Assembly: GCF_021869535.1 (NCBI RefSeq)
Contig: NW_026262745.1
Location: forward strand, 43,462,001-43,526,000
From: Mytilus californianus
Taxonomy: Eukaryota
Reading direction: 5' to 3'
Length of the DNA stretch: 64,000 nt
The notes under the pieces were generated by a model. That model saw nothing but the letters and a program-made list of their open reading frames with translations, searched no databases and was not told where the DNA came from. Position numbers and translations under genes: made by a program. Every line of letters starts with the position of its first letter. The first letter of the stretch is position 1. Below, one piece after another: positions 50,080 to 63,095 of the stretch.

Positions 50080-52473
50080 CACCGTGAACAACGACACATG
50101 CTGGGTGTTGGGTATTTTTGACACGGGGTGGTGATTTTGAAGCGGAGAAAAAGCGATCAAGGTAAGTAAAAGTATCAAAATTTATTTTTTGAGAATTGTT
50201 AGCACCAAATAATATATTGCATGGAAGGAACCGAACCATAATCTATTTCCAACAAGCAGAAGCAGACGTTTCCGGTGCTCATTTTTCTCAAACACCTCTC
50301 CCTAGTTTTCTGTGTTGCAGATTTTGAGACTTCATATTCAAGTTTCAGGATAAAAAACGACTTTTGGCAATTTTTCCCCGTATGATTTATATAGAAATGG
50401 ATTCCTATCATAAAATTGAACCAAATACCAGATTCCTAGTCAAAACATTTTGGTTTTAAAGTTGATTTGTCGTTCGGGGTGTCAGATTTTGCATCTCAAG
50501 GGGTTGAGGCATTCATTAAAACAAGGATAGATGTCCCTATAATTCAGTCTTTATCTGATAATTTATAATTCAAACACACCTACTCTGTTGTGATGACTCG
50601 TCACAAACTTAAAGTATTTCATTTGGCCCATATTTTTTTGTTGTTGAGTAATTAGATATAAGAAGATGTGGTATGAGTGCCAATGAGACAACCCTCCATC
50701 CACGTCAAAATTTATAAAAGTAAACCATTATGTATATTTTTAATGTTAGAAATAGAGTAAAAGACTCAGAAGTATTTTGTTTTATACCTGAACATGATTT
50801 GTTTTCCTTTTCAGTTACCATCATGGTCAGGAAGAAGTCACGTCTATGGCTTAATGCACCAAAACATGGAGCAAATTCAAATCCGGAGCAGACCTCTGTA
50901 TAAGTTTTGCCCGAAGCCGAAGCCAGCAACACCTAAACTTTATCAAATTTCTTCACCAGTTTTCTCTTCAAAGCATACGTGGACGCCGCAAAATGGACTT
51001 ACTCCGAAACGAATTGGCTTACTCACTCCACAGAAATACTTACCGGCATCTATATTTACAAATGACAATAACGCTATAAAAAGACCTGAAGAAGATAACA
51101 CATCAATTTTAATCGATCTAAAACAGCAATTAAAAATCTAGAAGAACATAATCTGGCGACCGATTTTCTTCCATTTATCCAAATTAATTATAAAAGAATA
51201 CAAATTTTCATTAGACAATATTTCCTTTCTTCTTTTCCTTGTTGGCTTGTATAGCTCAATACTATAATATTTGTATGGATAATTATAACAGATATATATA
51301 TAATACAAGTTTTAAAATATGCAGCTGCATTTCATTTTAAATGACCATAGAAACAGATGAATGCCAACATGATCTTTTTTAAACTTTCTTTACCCCAGTT
51401 TTTGATGGGGTTCGTGCTGTTCAGTCTTTAGTTTTCTATGTTGTGTTTTTGTACTATTGTTTTTCTGTTGGTCTTTTTCTATTTTAGCCATGGCGTTGTC
51501 AGTTTATTTTCGACTTATGAGTTTGAATGTCCCTTTGGTATTTTTCGCCTCTCTTTTAAGAAAAGAATGTAAATATAGATGCCAGTTAGTATTTCTGTGG
51601 AGTGAGTAAGCAAATGTTTCGGAATAAGTCCTTTTTGCGGCGTGCACGTATGCTAATGTAGAGAAAACTGGTAAAGAAATTTGATGACGTTTAGGTGTTG
51701 CTGGCTTCGGTCTCAGGCAAATCTTTTACGGAGGTCTGCTCCGCGTGTGTTTTTGCTGCATGTTTTTGGTGCAATAAGCCATAGCCGTGACTTCTTCGAA
51801 TTCCTGACCATGATAGTAACTGAAAAGGAAAAACAAATCATGTTCAGGTATAAACAAAATACTTTGAGACTTTTTCTCTATTTCTAACATTAAAAATGCA
51901 CATTACTCAAAAAACTAAAATATGGGCAAACTGGAATACCTTAAGTTTGTGATGAGTCATCATAACAGAGTGGGTCTGTTTGAATTACAAACTATCAGAT
52001 ATAGGCAAATCTATCCTTGTTTTAATAAATGCCTCACCCCATTGAGACGCAAAATCTGACACCCCGAGGGATTTACATTTCTATGAACAATTAGCTTTAA
52101 AAACAATAAATTTTGACTAAGAAGCTGGCATTTGATTAAATTCTATGATCATGGTGATGGAATTAATTTCTGTATAAATCATACGGGAAAAAATTGCCAA
52201 AAGTAGTTTTTTATCCTGAAACTTGCATATGAAGTCTCAAAATCTGCAACACGGAAAACTATGGAGAGGTGTTTGAGAAAAATGAGCACCGGAAACGTCT
52301 GCTTCTGCTTGATGGAAATAGATTATGGTTCGGTTCCTTCCGTGCAATATATAATTTGGTGCTAACAGTTCTCAAAAAATAATTTTTTTATCTTGATCGC
52401 TTTTTCTTCGCTTCAAAACTATCACCCCGTGTCAAACATAGCCAACACTCCGCATGTGGCGTTCTACACGGTG
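50080..52473. mobile_element. Foldback non-autonomous DNA transposon with about 900-bp inverted arms, CACCGTG ends and a 5-bp TSD (Transib/RAG-like signature)
   Basis: Arms 50080-51060 (containing a 79-bp insertion at 50653-50731) and 51568-52473; TAAAC at 50075-50079 and 52474-52478. Removing the element restores the LINE codons KKGDKHDHINYRPAS. Confidence 0.85.
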
Positions 52474-53075
52474 TAAACTATCGCCCTGCATCTGCAAAAA
52501 ACTCTTAGAACATGTTGTAGCTAGTAATACCATGAAACATCTAGAAAAAAATTAAATGCTATATGACTTACAACATGGTTTTTGATCAGCCCGTTCTTGT
52601 GAAACTCAGTTGATATCATTTATTCAAGATCTTGCAAATTCAAATAATAATGGATTTTGCTAAAGCATTTGGCAAAGTTTCACATCCTCACCTCATGTAT
52701 AAAATCGGCTACTATGGTATAAAATTACAATGCTTTACATTGGATTCAAGACTTTTAACACACAGAACACAAACAGTAGTCCTTGAAGGTGAAACATGAA
52801 ATAAGATTCCTGTAACATCTGGAGTATTTTTAATATTTATTAATGATTTGTCAGGATATATCAAACATACTACATTAAGATTATTCGTAGATGACAGTAT
52901 TATTTTTATGGAAATTAAGAAACCGGATGACACAAATAAAATACAGTCTGATTTAGAAGCGGCCGGCAGATGGGACCGGGACTGGATCATGTATTTTCAC
53001 CCTGATAAATGCAACGTTCTCAGTGTAACACAAACACGAAAACCTTTAGATTTCACTTACAAATTATATGATAAT

Positions 53076-54557
53076 GTTTAAAATTTATTTTATTTAAATA
53101 AATTGAATTGGATTGGGCAAAGCCTATATTAGCCCTCTCCATAAACCAAGGTACAATATATTATATTCAAACAAAACAACACATACACAAACATAATGAC
53201 AGCACAAAATTATTTATTTCAAAACTACCTCATAGCTGACTCGAAGGATGCTTCAAATAGTTAACTAAAATAAAAATAATTTTATTAACATTCTAATTAA
53301 CGAACTCCTATATTGATTAAGAAGCATTACAATAAAGTAAACTGTTCCAGTCAGCTGTTAGATATTATTTTTAGAATAAGTCATTTTTACAAAACAACAT
53401 GTTTGATATCATGTACTTATTTTTACTAATTTATCGCACCTGAAAAATAACGATATTGAGTAAATAATCATATAGATACATTTAAGAATTAAATGACAAA
53501 TTAAAAACCAATTGTCCAGAGAACAATTGAAGGTCTTTTCACACTAAATTTCTAAAATAAATTACCAGAAGCTACTTCCGGTTTACTCAAAGTTACTATT
53601 GGCGCCCAATCATGGAGTTCTTCATATTTAAAAATATAAGTCTTGTATATACTTTTGTCTAAAATAAGGGAGATAGTTTGCTAGAAAATGTCCCCTCAAG
53701 TTTAATGTGATAGCTTTATTCGCACTGATTCCAAAAATATATGGTATCTATATACTTTTGCATGAAATAAGGGAGAAATTTTCTATTTCCGGTTAAGAAA
53801 ATGTTACTTCCTGTCTCTAATGATAGCTTTATTATTACTGATTCCAAATATATATGGTTTCTATATAATTTGCCTAAAATAGAGAGATCATAAGCTACTT
53901 CCACTTTATAGAAGGTCACTTCCGGTCTCTAATGATAGTTTTATATATGGGTATTAAAATAAAAATATGGTTTTTAGGTACTTTACTTTGAACAAAGTGC
54001 AAAAATTGCTACTTTCGATCTACTCAAGGCCACTTCCGGTAAATATCTTTAAAGGTTATATGTCACCCAACGTTTTGCGAAAGACCCCATGGGTTTATCA
54101 TGTACCATATTGAAGAAATAAGCAATTTACCTTAATTTTTAACATTTCAGGGGAAATTACTCCACTAAGATATAATCAGATCGCTTCAGACTGAATGTAC
54201 CATATCTTCGTCTCAACAACCCAAATATTTAGCACTAGTTATTTCATTTCCAGATTTTATAGTATGAGAAAAGATGCACACACAAGCAAAGGGCAAAATT
54301 TAAATCATGACCTTGACCTATGAACTTGACACCATTTTCTATTTGGTGGACCAAGGACCTCAAATTAAGATACCCGAGGTCTCTATCACTAACGGTTCAC
54401 GAGTTACTTGTATATATCTCTTATGACAAATACAAAAGGGGAGATAACTCTCATATGGAATCTCAGTATCGCTTCGGTAAAAATTGATCAAAGCATCCTG
54501 AGGAATTAACATTCAAGCAATTTAGAAAAATAAATTTGTCGATTTCTTTTACATAAT
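53076..54557. mobile_element. Composite insertion into the LINE RT (AT-rich segment plus HINE-like repeat)
   Basis: ATAAT at 53071-53075 and 54553-54557; removal restores YKLYDN-HSLEKVDSTKYVG. Internal cttccggt and tgaccttgacc repeats. Confidence 0.65.
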
Positions 54558-57500
54558 CACTCACTCGAAAAAGTTGACTCTACAAAATATGTAGGCCTAA
54601 CTCTTCAATCAAACTTAAAATGGGATAAATATATCGATAACATGACAACAAAAGCAAACCAGGGGTTCTTTTCACAAAAAATCTTAAAAGTAAAATTCTC
54701 GTAAGTCATTCACATTTCAGTATAACTTACGATCAATTTGAATCGTAAGATGTTTTGTAAAAAGAGTCACAGTCTCTTGGATTTATTCGCAGAAACCTTA
54801 AAACAGCCTCACCTAAAACCAAAGATCATGCATTCAAAGCTCTTGTCCGACCAAAATTAGAGTAACTGCTCAACCTTTTGGGATCCACATCAAAAACAAC
54901 AGTACAGAAAAGAGCAACCCGCTTCCCTTGCAACCGCTTTCACAACACCAGCTAAGTTACTGATATGATGACAGACTTAAATTGGTACCCACTTGAAATT
55001 AGTCGTTTAAGTTATATACTTGTTTCTTTCACAAAATTATACACGAAATTGTTGCAGTCCCTACATTTAATCTTTTGATCCCACTAGACAATAGAACCAG
55101 ATATAACAATCCCCACGCATTTTGGCCAATACAAACATCTAAAGACAGTTGTAAATATGCATTTTATCCGCGTACAGTTATAAATTGGAATCAATTGTCA
55201 CAACTAGTAGTTTCATGCAGTACAGTACAGGGTTTCAACAGGATGATCTCAGAATTTGCTCTAATCCCTATTTTCTACCCTTAACTGTTATCGTTATGAA
55301 ATGTTTATAGTGTTATCTAAATGTTATTTTTCAAATGTACATATATTATTTTGATTTTAATTTTGTTTCTTTTTCTTGTTGCCTTGTAAATCATAAATCC
55401 AACTTTAAAGTCGACGCCCGGCGAATAATCTTCAATTGATGAAGGATCGCTAGAAACTTAAAGAAGAAGAAGTCCATATGTGTGTTGCAAACAATGGTTC
55501 ATATTTAATGTATAAAGACTTGTTGTGGGTAACGTCCAAGTTAATTTTTGTGCAATTAAACGTCAGAGCTCATATTCCTTGGACTATAAGTAACATGATT
55601 AATTAAACTTAAGGTATGATATAAACTGCAGAATAGGTCAGTATCATGTCAAAGAAAGATCATCAAGCTCCATCGACTTTGGACAGATACTTACGCCCGA
55701 GTCCATATTACAGTAATTTCAAGTAAAACAATACAGATCAACTTGTGTAGATTAACATGCATGGGGAGTAGATTAACAATTTTACAAAATATCGTCACTA
55801 TCACCTACATTTCACGCTTCAATGGTTTTACTTGAGTTATATGTCAGAGATAATGGTTAGGTAGGTATAAGTAGTGGGATGGATGCATCTTTTGGAGAAG
55901 ATCAAATCCAGACAGAGATAGGTAAATGAAGGTATATCTCATGCTTTCTAATTTTTAATCGATTACAAAAACTGGGTAGAGCAAGGCTAACTTTTTACTC
56001 ATGATCCTGAATTTGTTAGAATTTAAAAACAAAAGTATCCCGTGAGCATTGTGCCTCCTATATAAAAAAATTTAAAGTAAAAAGTTATTAAATCACACAG
56101 GTTGCACAATATTATAAGTTCAAAGCCTATGTTTCATAGTAATATACTTGCATTAAATGTCATTTTACCTGTTATCGCTGTAAAACTTTACACAGAAGCT
56201 GAAAGCAGACAAGCTTTTAAACAGCCATACTAGTTTATCGAATATTGATTTAACAGTACTGTACATTTGTGCGGGCAAGATGCAATTATTTTGACGACGA
56301 AACATGATTTTATCATGATATTGACGCATATACCCAATCAGCATACCGTTCAACAAACCATTTATACCTATCCATAAGCATATCCGGTACACTTCAATGT
56401 AAAAGTAAAAGCATCTTATTCCCAATATCCTGGGAACCTATAAAGAAAAACAAATTAAAAAGAATTGATTTTTTAGACAAGTTATTTACCAACTCAAGAC
56501 GGACACAGTTTATCCTCATCCATTATTTGAAAGTTCAAAACCTAATACAAATGTTGAAGTTTTATTACTTTAAAATGGAATTTATCGACCGACTTCAACA
56601 TATATGGTTACACAAAAATTATAAAAAATCCACTAATACATAAGTAGAAAAATTTCTTTTTAATGTCATTACTCTAATATTGAGAGTAGATAAATCACAA
56701 CTGACAATGAAAGATAACCTGAATAAATCTTCAAAGAAAAGTAGCGTTTTCAAGATCTAAAATGACTTCTTTTTTTACGATCAAGACATAGTTAATACTG
56801 CCATTAACAAAAGCTTTGCAATATTTGTTAATGACCAGTACCTTAAAAGTTTTTAAAGCACAAGACAATGGAACGGAAAAACGTATATGTTGTATCGTCA
56901 ACTCAATACTACTATAGCAAAAGGTGAAGTAGTGAAGCAGCCTATTACAAAATAATGACAAAATTTCGCATTACTTAATCCCATGAGAAATATGTTATTT
57001 CATCGGGCATGATAACAAAACCAGCGGCCATTAAATTAGATTAAATTTTAAAAATGTTATAACAAAATTACTGAACTCCAAGGTAAATTAAAAAAGAAGG
57101 AAGTCCCAATAAAACTTCCAAAAACAAACGCTTGATTATATCAACCAACGCAACGACTGAAAAACAATTGTCATATTCCTGATTTGGTACAGGCATTTTC
57201 CGAAGAAAATGATGGTTTAAACCTGATAGTTTTTCATAAATATATGTTTTAACGAAAAAGCCCACCTTTAAAACATATGTTAATATATATAAAGTCTTCG
57301 GAATGTTTACGAATTCTTCAAATACTTTAAGATATCATAATACAAAGTTCATTCTTTATAAACAGACATGCGCAAAAATATAATAAGTTGTATGCGGAAA
57401 ATATGTTGTACCTGTTTACTTATCTACAAACACTGACGAATAGTTCTGTCACATGGCACAGGTAAGGTGTTTTCATAGTTTTTATTAAAAGTATTTATAA

Positions 57501-60500
57501 AAAGTTCGCATTAACAATTGTGTGATCAGTCTTAAGATTTCTATGTAGTGCATTATAAACTGTTGTTTATCAATTCTTTGCTTTTTGCCACTGTATTGAC
57601 ATTTCTCTTCGACTTCTTTTTATTTTCCCTTTGGTATCCTCTGTCTCTTTTTGTTCATCATTCTAATCTTGTCGTAAATGTTGGCCGACTCTTACATGTC
57701 AAGAGCAAATTTTAATTCACTGCAGATTTTTCTTTGCATGTTTTGCTACAGATTCATAAAAATGGCTATAGTTTATTTTGAGTACAGAAGAACCAGTGCA
57801 ACTATAGTGTTTTGGAAAAGTTTTGAGCGCTTGCAAGGACTAAATCTTTAAAATTGTACTACATTTTGTATTTCAGAAAAGGGTCACTAAGGTTAAAATG
57901 GGGCTGTAAACATAAAATTGACAGCCCCATACTATCGTAAAAAGTCCAGGTTATGAATTCTTAAAAGCTTTCATTACAACAAGTTTAAAGTCATTTTCTA
58001 AAAGAGAGCTTAGAACTGTTTGTAATTTAGTAAGCTAATTCATTTGAAATTTGTATACAATACGCTGTTGAAGATTACTAAGCGCCAATGAAATACAATA
58101 ATTTTGTATTTTATAAACTAGTCACATATAGTTAACGGCGTTTTTCTCACAATGACGTTCTACCTCCATAAGCCTTGGAATGTCATGGCGGGTCACATAT
58201 ATATTTATGACTTTAAACTTGTTGTAATGAAGTTAGTATAAAATTTGTCAAAGAAAGCTTTTAGAAGCTTTAAGAATTTATGATGCATGTCTCTACACCA
58301 CATAGCATGCGAAGCGTAACAGTTTATAAGTAGTTGTTCTCATATATACATTTGAAACGGTGCATTTATTATAGATATATTTTAAACTCCATTTATGAAA
58401 ATCTATAGAGCAGAGAATTTAGATTTTGTTTCATCAATTTCATATGTAGATTCAAATATTTTTCACTTCAAACGATAAGTTTAAACATAAAACTTCTTCA
58501 GAACTTATATAGGATGTATGGTTCAGTGCCAGCAAAAAAAAAGCCAAGGTAAAGTCTTAATCTCTTCTTCACAAATACTTATTCAATCGAATCTCGAGGA
58601 CATTGAAGGAACCATCTGAAAACAGTTATAAACTTGTAATTGATTGATTTACCCTCAACTTATATATATGTTTAACCGGGCTTCAACTTATGAAGTCAGA
58701 GGCGGATTTTTATATCTATTTCTTTTCTTTTCTTTTCTTTTTTCTTTTCTTTTAGTTTTGGTATGAGGTATGAGCCGCAGCTACATATATGGTAAATGCC
58801 ACTCCTTATGTTGTCATGGTCCCCACCCTTTTCAAAATCTTTGAATTGTTAATTACTAACATATTTTAAATCTACGATGTAAACCTATTTTACGAGATTT
58901 TTGTACTTTTATTGATAAATACTTTGTCTGGTCTTTTCTGTTTACTTACTTATGGAATAACTGTACATCGCATGTATTCACGTTAATTGTTTTATACCAA
59001 CCGACTGTCCCTAGTATAGCTAAATACATTTTATTTCTTTAAATTCATTTAGAAGCTTGTATTCTTATGGAAACTACAATATTTTACAGTTTGTGACAAA
59101 TTTATGTCGACAAAAGCGTTGACAATAATATATGATCGAAGGGGGGTATTAAATGGCTATGACTTTATAAAAAAGGAAGATTTTGGTATGATTGCCAATG
59201 AAAAAACTCTCCACCAAAGACCAAATGACGTAGAAGTTAACAGTTATAGGTTACCGTACGACCTTCAACATGGAGCAAAATCCAAACCGCATAGTAAACA
59301 AAAAAGGGCCCCAAAATTTTTTGAAGTTTATGATTAGTTCGCTTGCAATGGTAAAAAGCATCCAAAACATAAATTCAGTATAGAAATTAACGTGTATGTC
59401 CCATACGAAATTTTACATAACGTTTATATATGATATTTAACGGCGTTTTTCTAACAATGACGTTCTACCTCAATAAGCCTGGAAATGTCATGGCGGGTCA
59501 CATATAGTTTAATAGTTAGCAGATAATTTTATGACAATATGTTAAAACTTTCGTCTTTTCCGTATAAAATCAAAAGCAGAAATCTAATTTTCTGTATATT
59601 CTATATGAAACTTTTGTTGCCTGAATTAAAGATTCATTTGTCAAACACCGTCCAACTAGACTTTCAACTATGAATTAACACGAAACAAAACGAATTGCAA
59701 AATTGAATATTTAATTAACATTTAAAATTCTCTTTTCATATTTGTTACCCTCTAGTTGTTCTGCTAATGACCATGTATTTCATTTGACATACATTGTATA
59801 AGACTAGTTGATTTGATTTAGTACAACTAGTCCAAACAGAAACAAAACGCATCATATTTCAAGCCACCTTTGGTCCCGTTTTAAATGACAATGCAAAATA
59901 GTTCTTTTAAGCCATTTCTCCAACATACACTGTAAGACAAAACGATACACCAAAAGTTTGGTCTAACATCGACTATTTTCAGTGATGGAAATTGCAACTG
60001 ATTAGTGTCATAGATTAAGGTGACAGGATTTTACTGATGTTCAAATCTCGTTAATCATTGACAGAATGGCATGAACTCCAAAAGGAGGATAGGATAGAGA
60101 CAAAAGTAACTAATGTTCATCCAAATTTGACCACACTGTACTATGGTGCACAAGATAATTGTAAAACTGTATGAATTTTTGATAACTTTTGCTAGACAGA
60201 TTCATTATGGTTAACATTTGCAATCTTATGTTCAATTTTATCATTTTAAATGTGAAATTTGTGAAGGTGAAAATTTCAAAAACGGAAATCTCTGAAAATT
60301 TATATAAATGTTATGTAGAATATCCAATAAATGTTAATACTCTTAAAAAATTGATCAACTTCCAGGGATCTGTGCATGAGTTTGGAATTTGGTTAAATAG
60401 AAAATACACTCAGTTGTTGCCTTTCTATTGGCACTCAGTACCAACGACGTTTGAATTAGAAATGAAAGTGTTGCTGTCTCATTGACCTTAACTACAAATT

Positions 60501-60629
60501 TCCTTTTAATGTATTTATAATTATCACATCCTATTTCCGGTTATCGGTACTACAAATGCAATAGTAACACAGATCAAAATTACATGTATCCATTGCTACA
60601 GTATTGAAAAGCTAATTGAATCAGCAGTA

Positions 60630-61050
60630 ATTGGTTGTTGATTGAGTGATGGTTGCTTACCGTCCAGTGGCAAATATTTCATGCATGTTAAGATCAAATA
60701 AACAATAGATACAAATGGTAGGTCCTGCAACAGAGGCCGTCCGGGAGGAAGGTCGGGGAAATTTAGACTGCCACTGAAAAATGATGGTACATTTGATAGG
60801 AACAGATATTTTGCCTTGCAACCGGACCCCTCAAAGAGTTGTTACAAGGGTTCTTAACGTGCAAAGAGCGTGGCAGCACTCTTTCTACACAAGGTATCGG
60901 ATTTAACGTTCCCATTCTGACCGGACATGGCTGCGTACTTGTACATCCCGCGCAGCCAAAACGGATGCCCCACTTAGGCAAGGGGTTTAATGCCGGTCGG
61001 AAGAAGACCTGTAGTGACCTTATTTTTATTCCCTAGTCACCCTTGGGAGT
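60630..61050 (-). mobile_element. Nin/Deu-domain-like SINE
   Basis: Collinear with 33950-34375 (ggttcttaacgtgca..gagcgtggca..ggcatcggatttaacgt). Confidence 0.6.
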
Positions 61051-61065
61051 CAGCAGAAACTCGAT

Positions 61066-61348
61066 TGCTAGATTCATTGCTATGGTTTTGAAAAACCAGT
61101 TGGTACAGCAGAAACAAATTTGCTGTACAGGATTTTTAGATCCATTGCTACTTGTGCTACAGTATTGAAAAAGTAATTGGTACAGCAGATACAAATTTGC
61201 TGTACATGATTGCTAGATCCATTGCTAAAGTTTTGAAAAGGCAATTGGTACAGCTGACACAAATTTGCTATACACAATTGCTAGATCCATTGCTTCAATA
61301 TTGAAAAGGCAATTGGTACAGCAGACACAAATTTGTTGTACACGATAG
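61066..61348 (+). repeat. About 68-bp minisatellite, 4 units
   Basis: Unit tgctagatccattgct...ttgaaaaggcaattggtacagcagacacaaatttgctgtacac(g)at; a partial unit lies at about 60588-60628. Confidence 0.85.
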
Positions 61349-61789
61349 CAAAAAATAATTGTTACAACGGCAATCTTAAATACAGATTCTTTGGTATCTG
61401 TCGTAGTGATAGCGTGTGTGTTCATGATTACAGGAAAGTTAAACTGTTAATTTGAATGAGTTTCAATTTCACGTAATTGTTAAAATTCATGACGGAGTCA
61501 CATGAAATCAAAATCAACAAAAAACTGACCTGTCAACCGTTTGGGAACAACAGAATATCGTTCTATCTAAATCACTGTCCTGAACGAGCTCGGTGAAGAT
61601 TCTAAAAGAACCAGTTTCTGTAAAATTGGTGACAAAAAAAAATAATTAAAAAATATATTTATGTCCAGTTGCTCCTTGTCCGTTATCAAAATGTTTTAAG
61701 TATAGTACAATCATGGTCATATACCAATCTAACCCAAGCATGACTTTGGTGTAGGAATTATAAATTTTGTCTTCTTCCGACCAGCAGTA

Positions 61790-62080
61790 AAATTCTTGCC
61801 AAATTCGGGCGTTTGTTTGACTGTGTGTGATGTATTAATTCGCAGATAGGTCCGATCAGAATTGCAACGTTCATTCCAAATCTCATATAGAGAGAGAGTT
61901 TCACTCTTTATGCACGTTTAAGAACCCTTGCAGCAACTCTTTGATGGATTCTCAATTTGTCCTGTTGCATAGAAATATTTCTTCACCATTTGGTCACCGA
62001 TCCAACATACTAATGTTTTTCAAATGCAGTCCAAATTTTCCGCCTTGTAACAGACTTACCTTTTATATATATATATTGTC
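61790..62080 (+). mobile_element. Degenerate Nin/Deu-domain-like SINE
   Basis: atgcacgtttaagaacccttgcagcaactcttt..., the reverse complement of the 60630-61050 family. Confidence 0.5.
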
Positions 62081-62569
62081 AATAGTTTCTCATCCTAAGT
62101 ATGCATAAATAATTGCCACTTGAATCTAAGCAATCAATTTATAATCATTGTAATGAAAATAATATCTGGTGTTATCCGAACAAAGGTGGTTAAAAATTTA
62201 TCTATCTTGTACTATCCTTAACATATTCGAAATAGTCGAATATAGTCATAAATATGAATATATGTCACAGGATAAAATATGGTCGATTATATTAGATCCG
62301 CCCTCACATTCTAATGATAACAATAAATGTATTTTTTCTAAGAATCTGTATAGTAACTTTGATTTGCAGACCATTAACGAAAGGCGTACCCAAATTATAT
62401 TTTGTTTTCCAATAACATACAACATTTTTGACTGCAAGTGCTTCTCATAACAAAGTAAAACGAATGCATAGGAAAATACACGAATAGGTTGATATATCTT
62501 GTTATTTCAGAGTTAATGATCAGAATTGAAGGGTTGAAAAATGGTTGATCGTACACATAATTTTAATAT

Positions 62570-63095
62570 AAAAATAAGAAGATGTGGTATGATTGCCAAT
62601 GAGACAACTCTCCACAAGAGACAAAATGACACAGATATAAACACCTATAGGTCACCGTAAGGCCTTCAACAATGAGTAAAACCCATACCGCATAGTAAGC
62701 TATAAAAGGCCCCGAAATGACAAATGTAAAACAATTCAAACGAGAAAACTAACGGCCTAATTTATGTACAAAATAATGAACGAAAAACAAATATTATAAA
62801 CAGCAACAAACGACAACCACTAAATTACAGGCTCCTGATTTGAGACGGGCACATACAGAATGTGGCGGGGTTAAACTAGTCTGAAGGCGAGCCAACCCTC
62901 CCCTAACCTGGGACAGTGGCGTAACAGTACAACATAAGAACAAACTTAAAAAATCAGTTGAAAAGGTCTTAACTAATCAGATCGATATAAAGCAGAAATA
63001 CATCTAACAAATCAGATCAGAGAGTATTCGCACTTACTGACAGCCAGTTCAAAGTCAATAACAATTAATAAAATAAAATCATGCATCTAAGACTA
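62570..63095 (-). mobile_element. Abundant interspersed repeat related to the PLE 3' UTR/pLTR
   Basis: aagaagatgtggtatgattgccaatgagacaac...acaggctcctga..tgtggcggggttaaa..ccctcccctaacctgggacagtgg shares motifs with the Naiad 3' UTR at 36560-36660. Fragments also at about 2880-2960, 5820-5885, 18490-18840, 19480-19800, 22170-22550, 28960-29050, 50653-50731, 57060-57240 and 59170-59330. Confidence 0.65.

Larger units (their letters stand above)
48195..55475 (+). mobile_element. Old CR1/L2-group LINE (2A-like motif, PHD finger, APE endonuclease, RT), interrupted by nested insertions
   Basis: LLSG*IELNPGP, CVSCGK..WYHVDC..WNCIKC, NINFQSIKNK..IIGTETW, GPDLIHG..LKE, FKKGDKH..NYRP, LQHGF..SCETQL, LRLFVDDS, W..YFHPDKC, LVRPKLEY, FYPRTVINWNQL; (GAA)n tail at about 55462-55472. 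Many stops and frameshifts. Confidence 0.85.
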
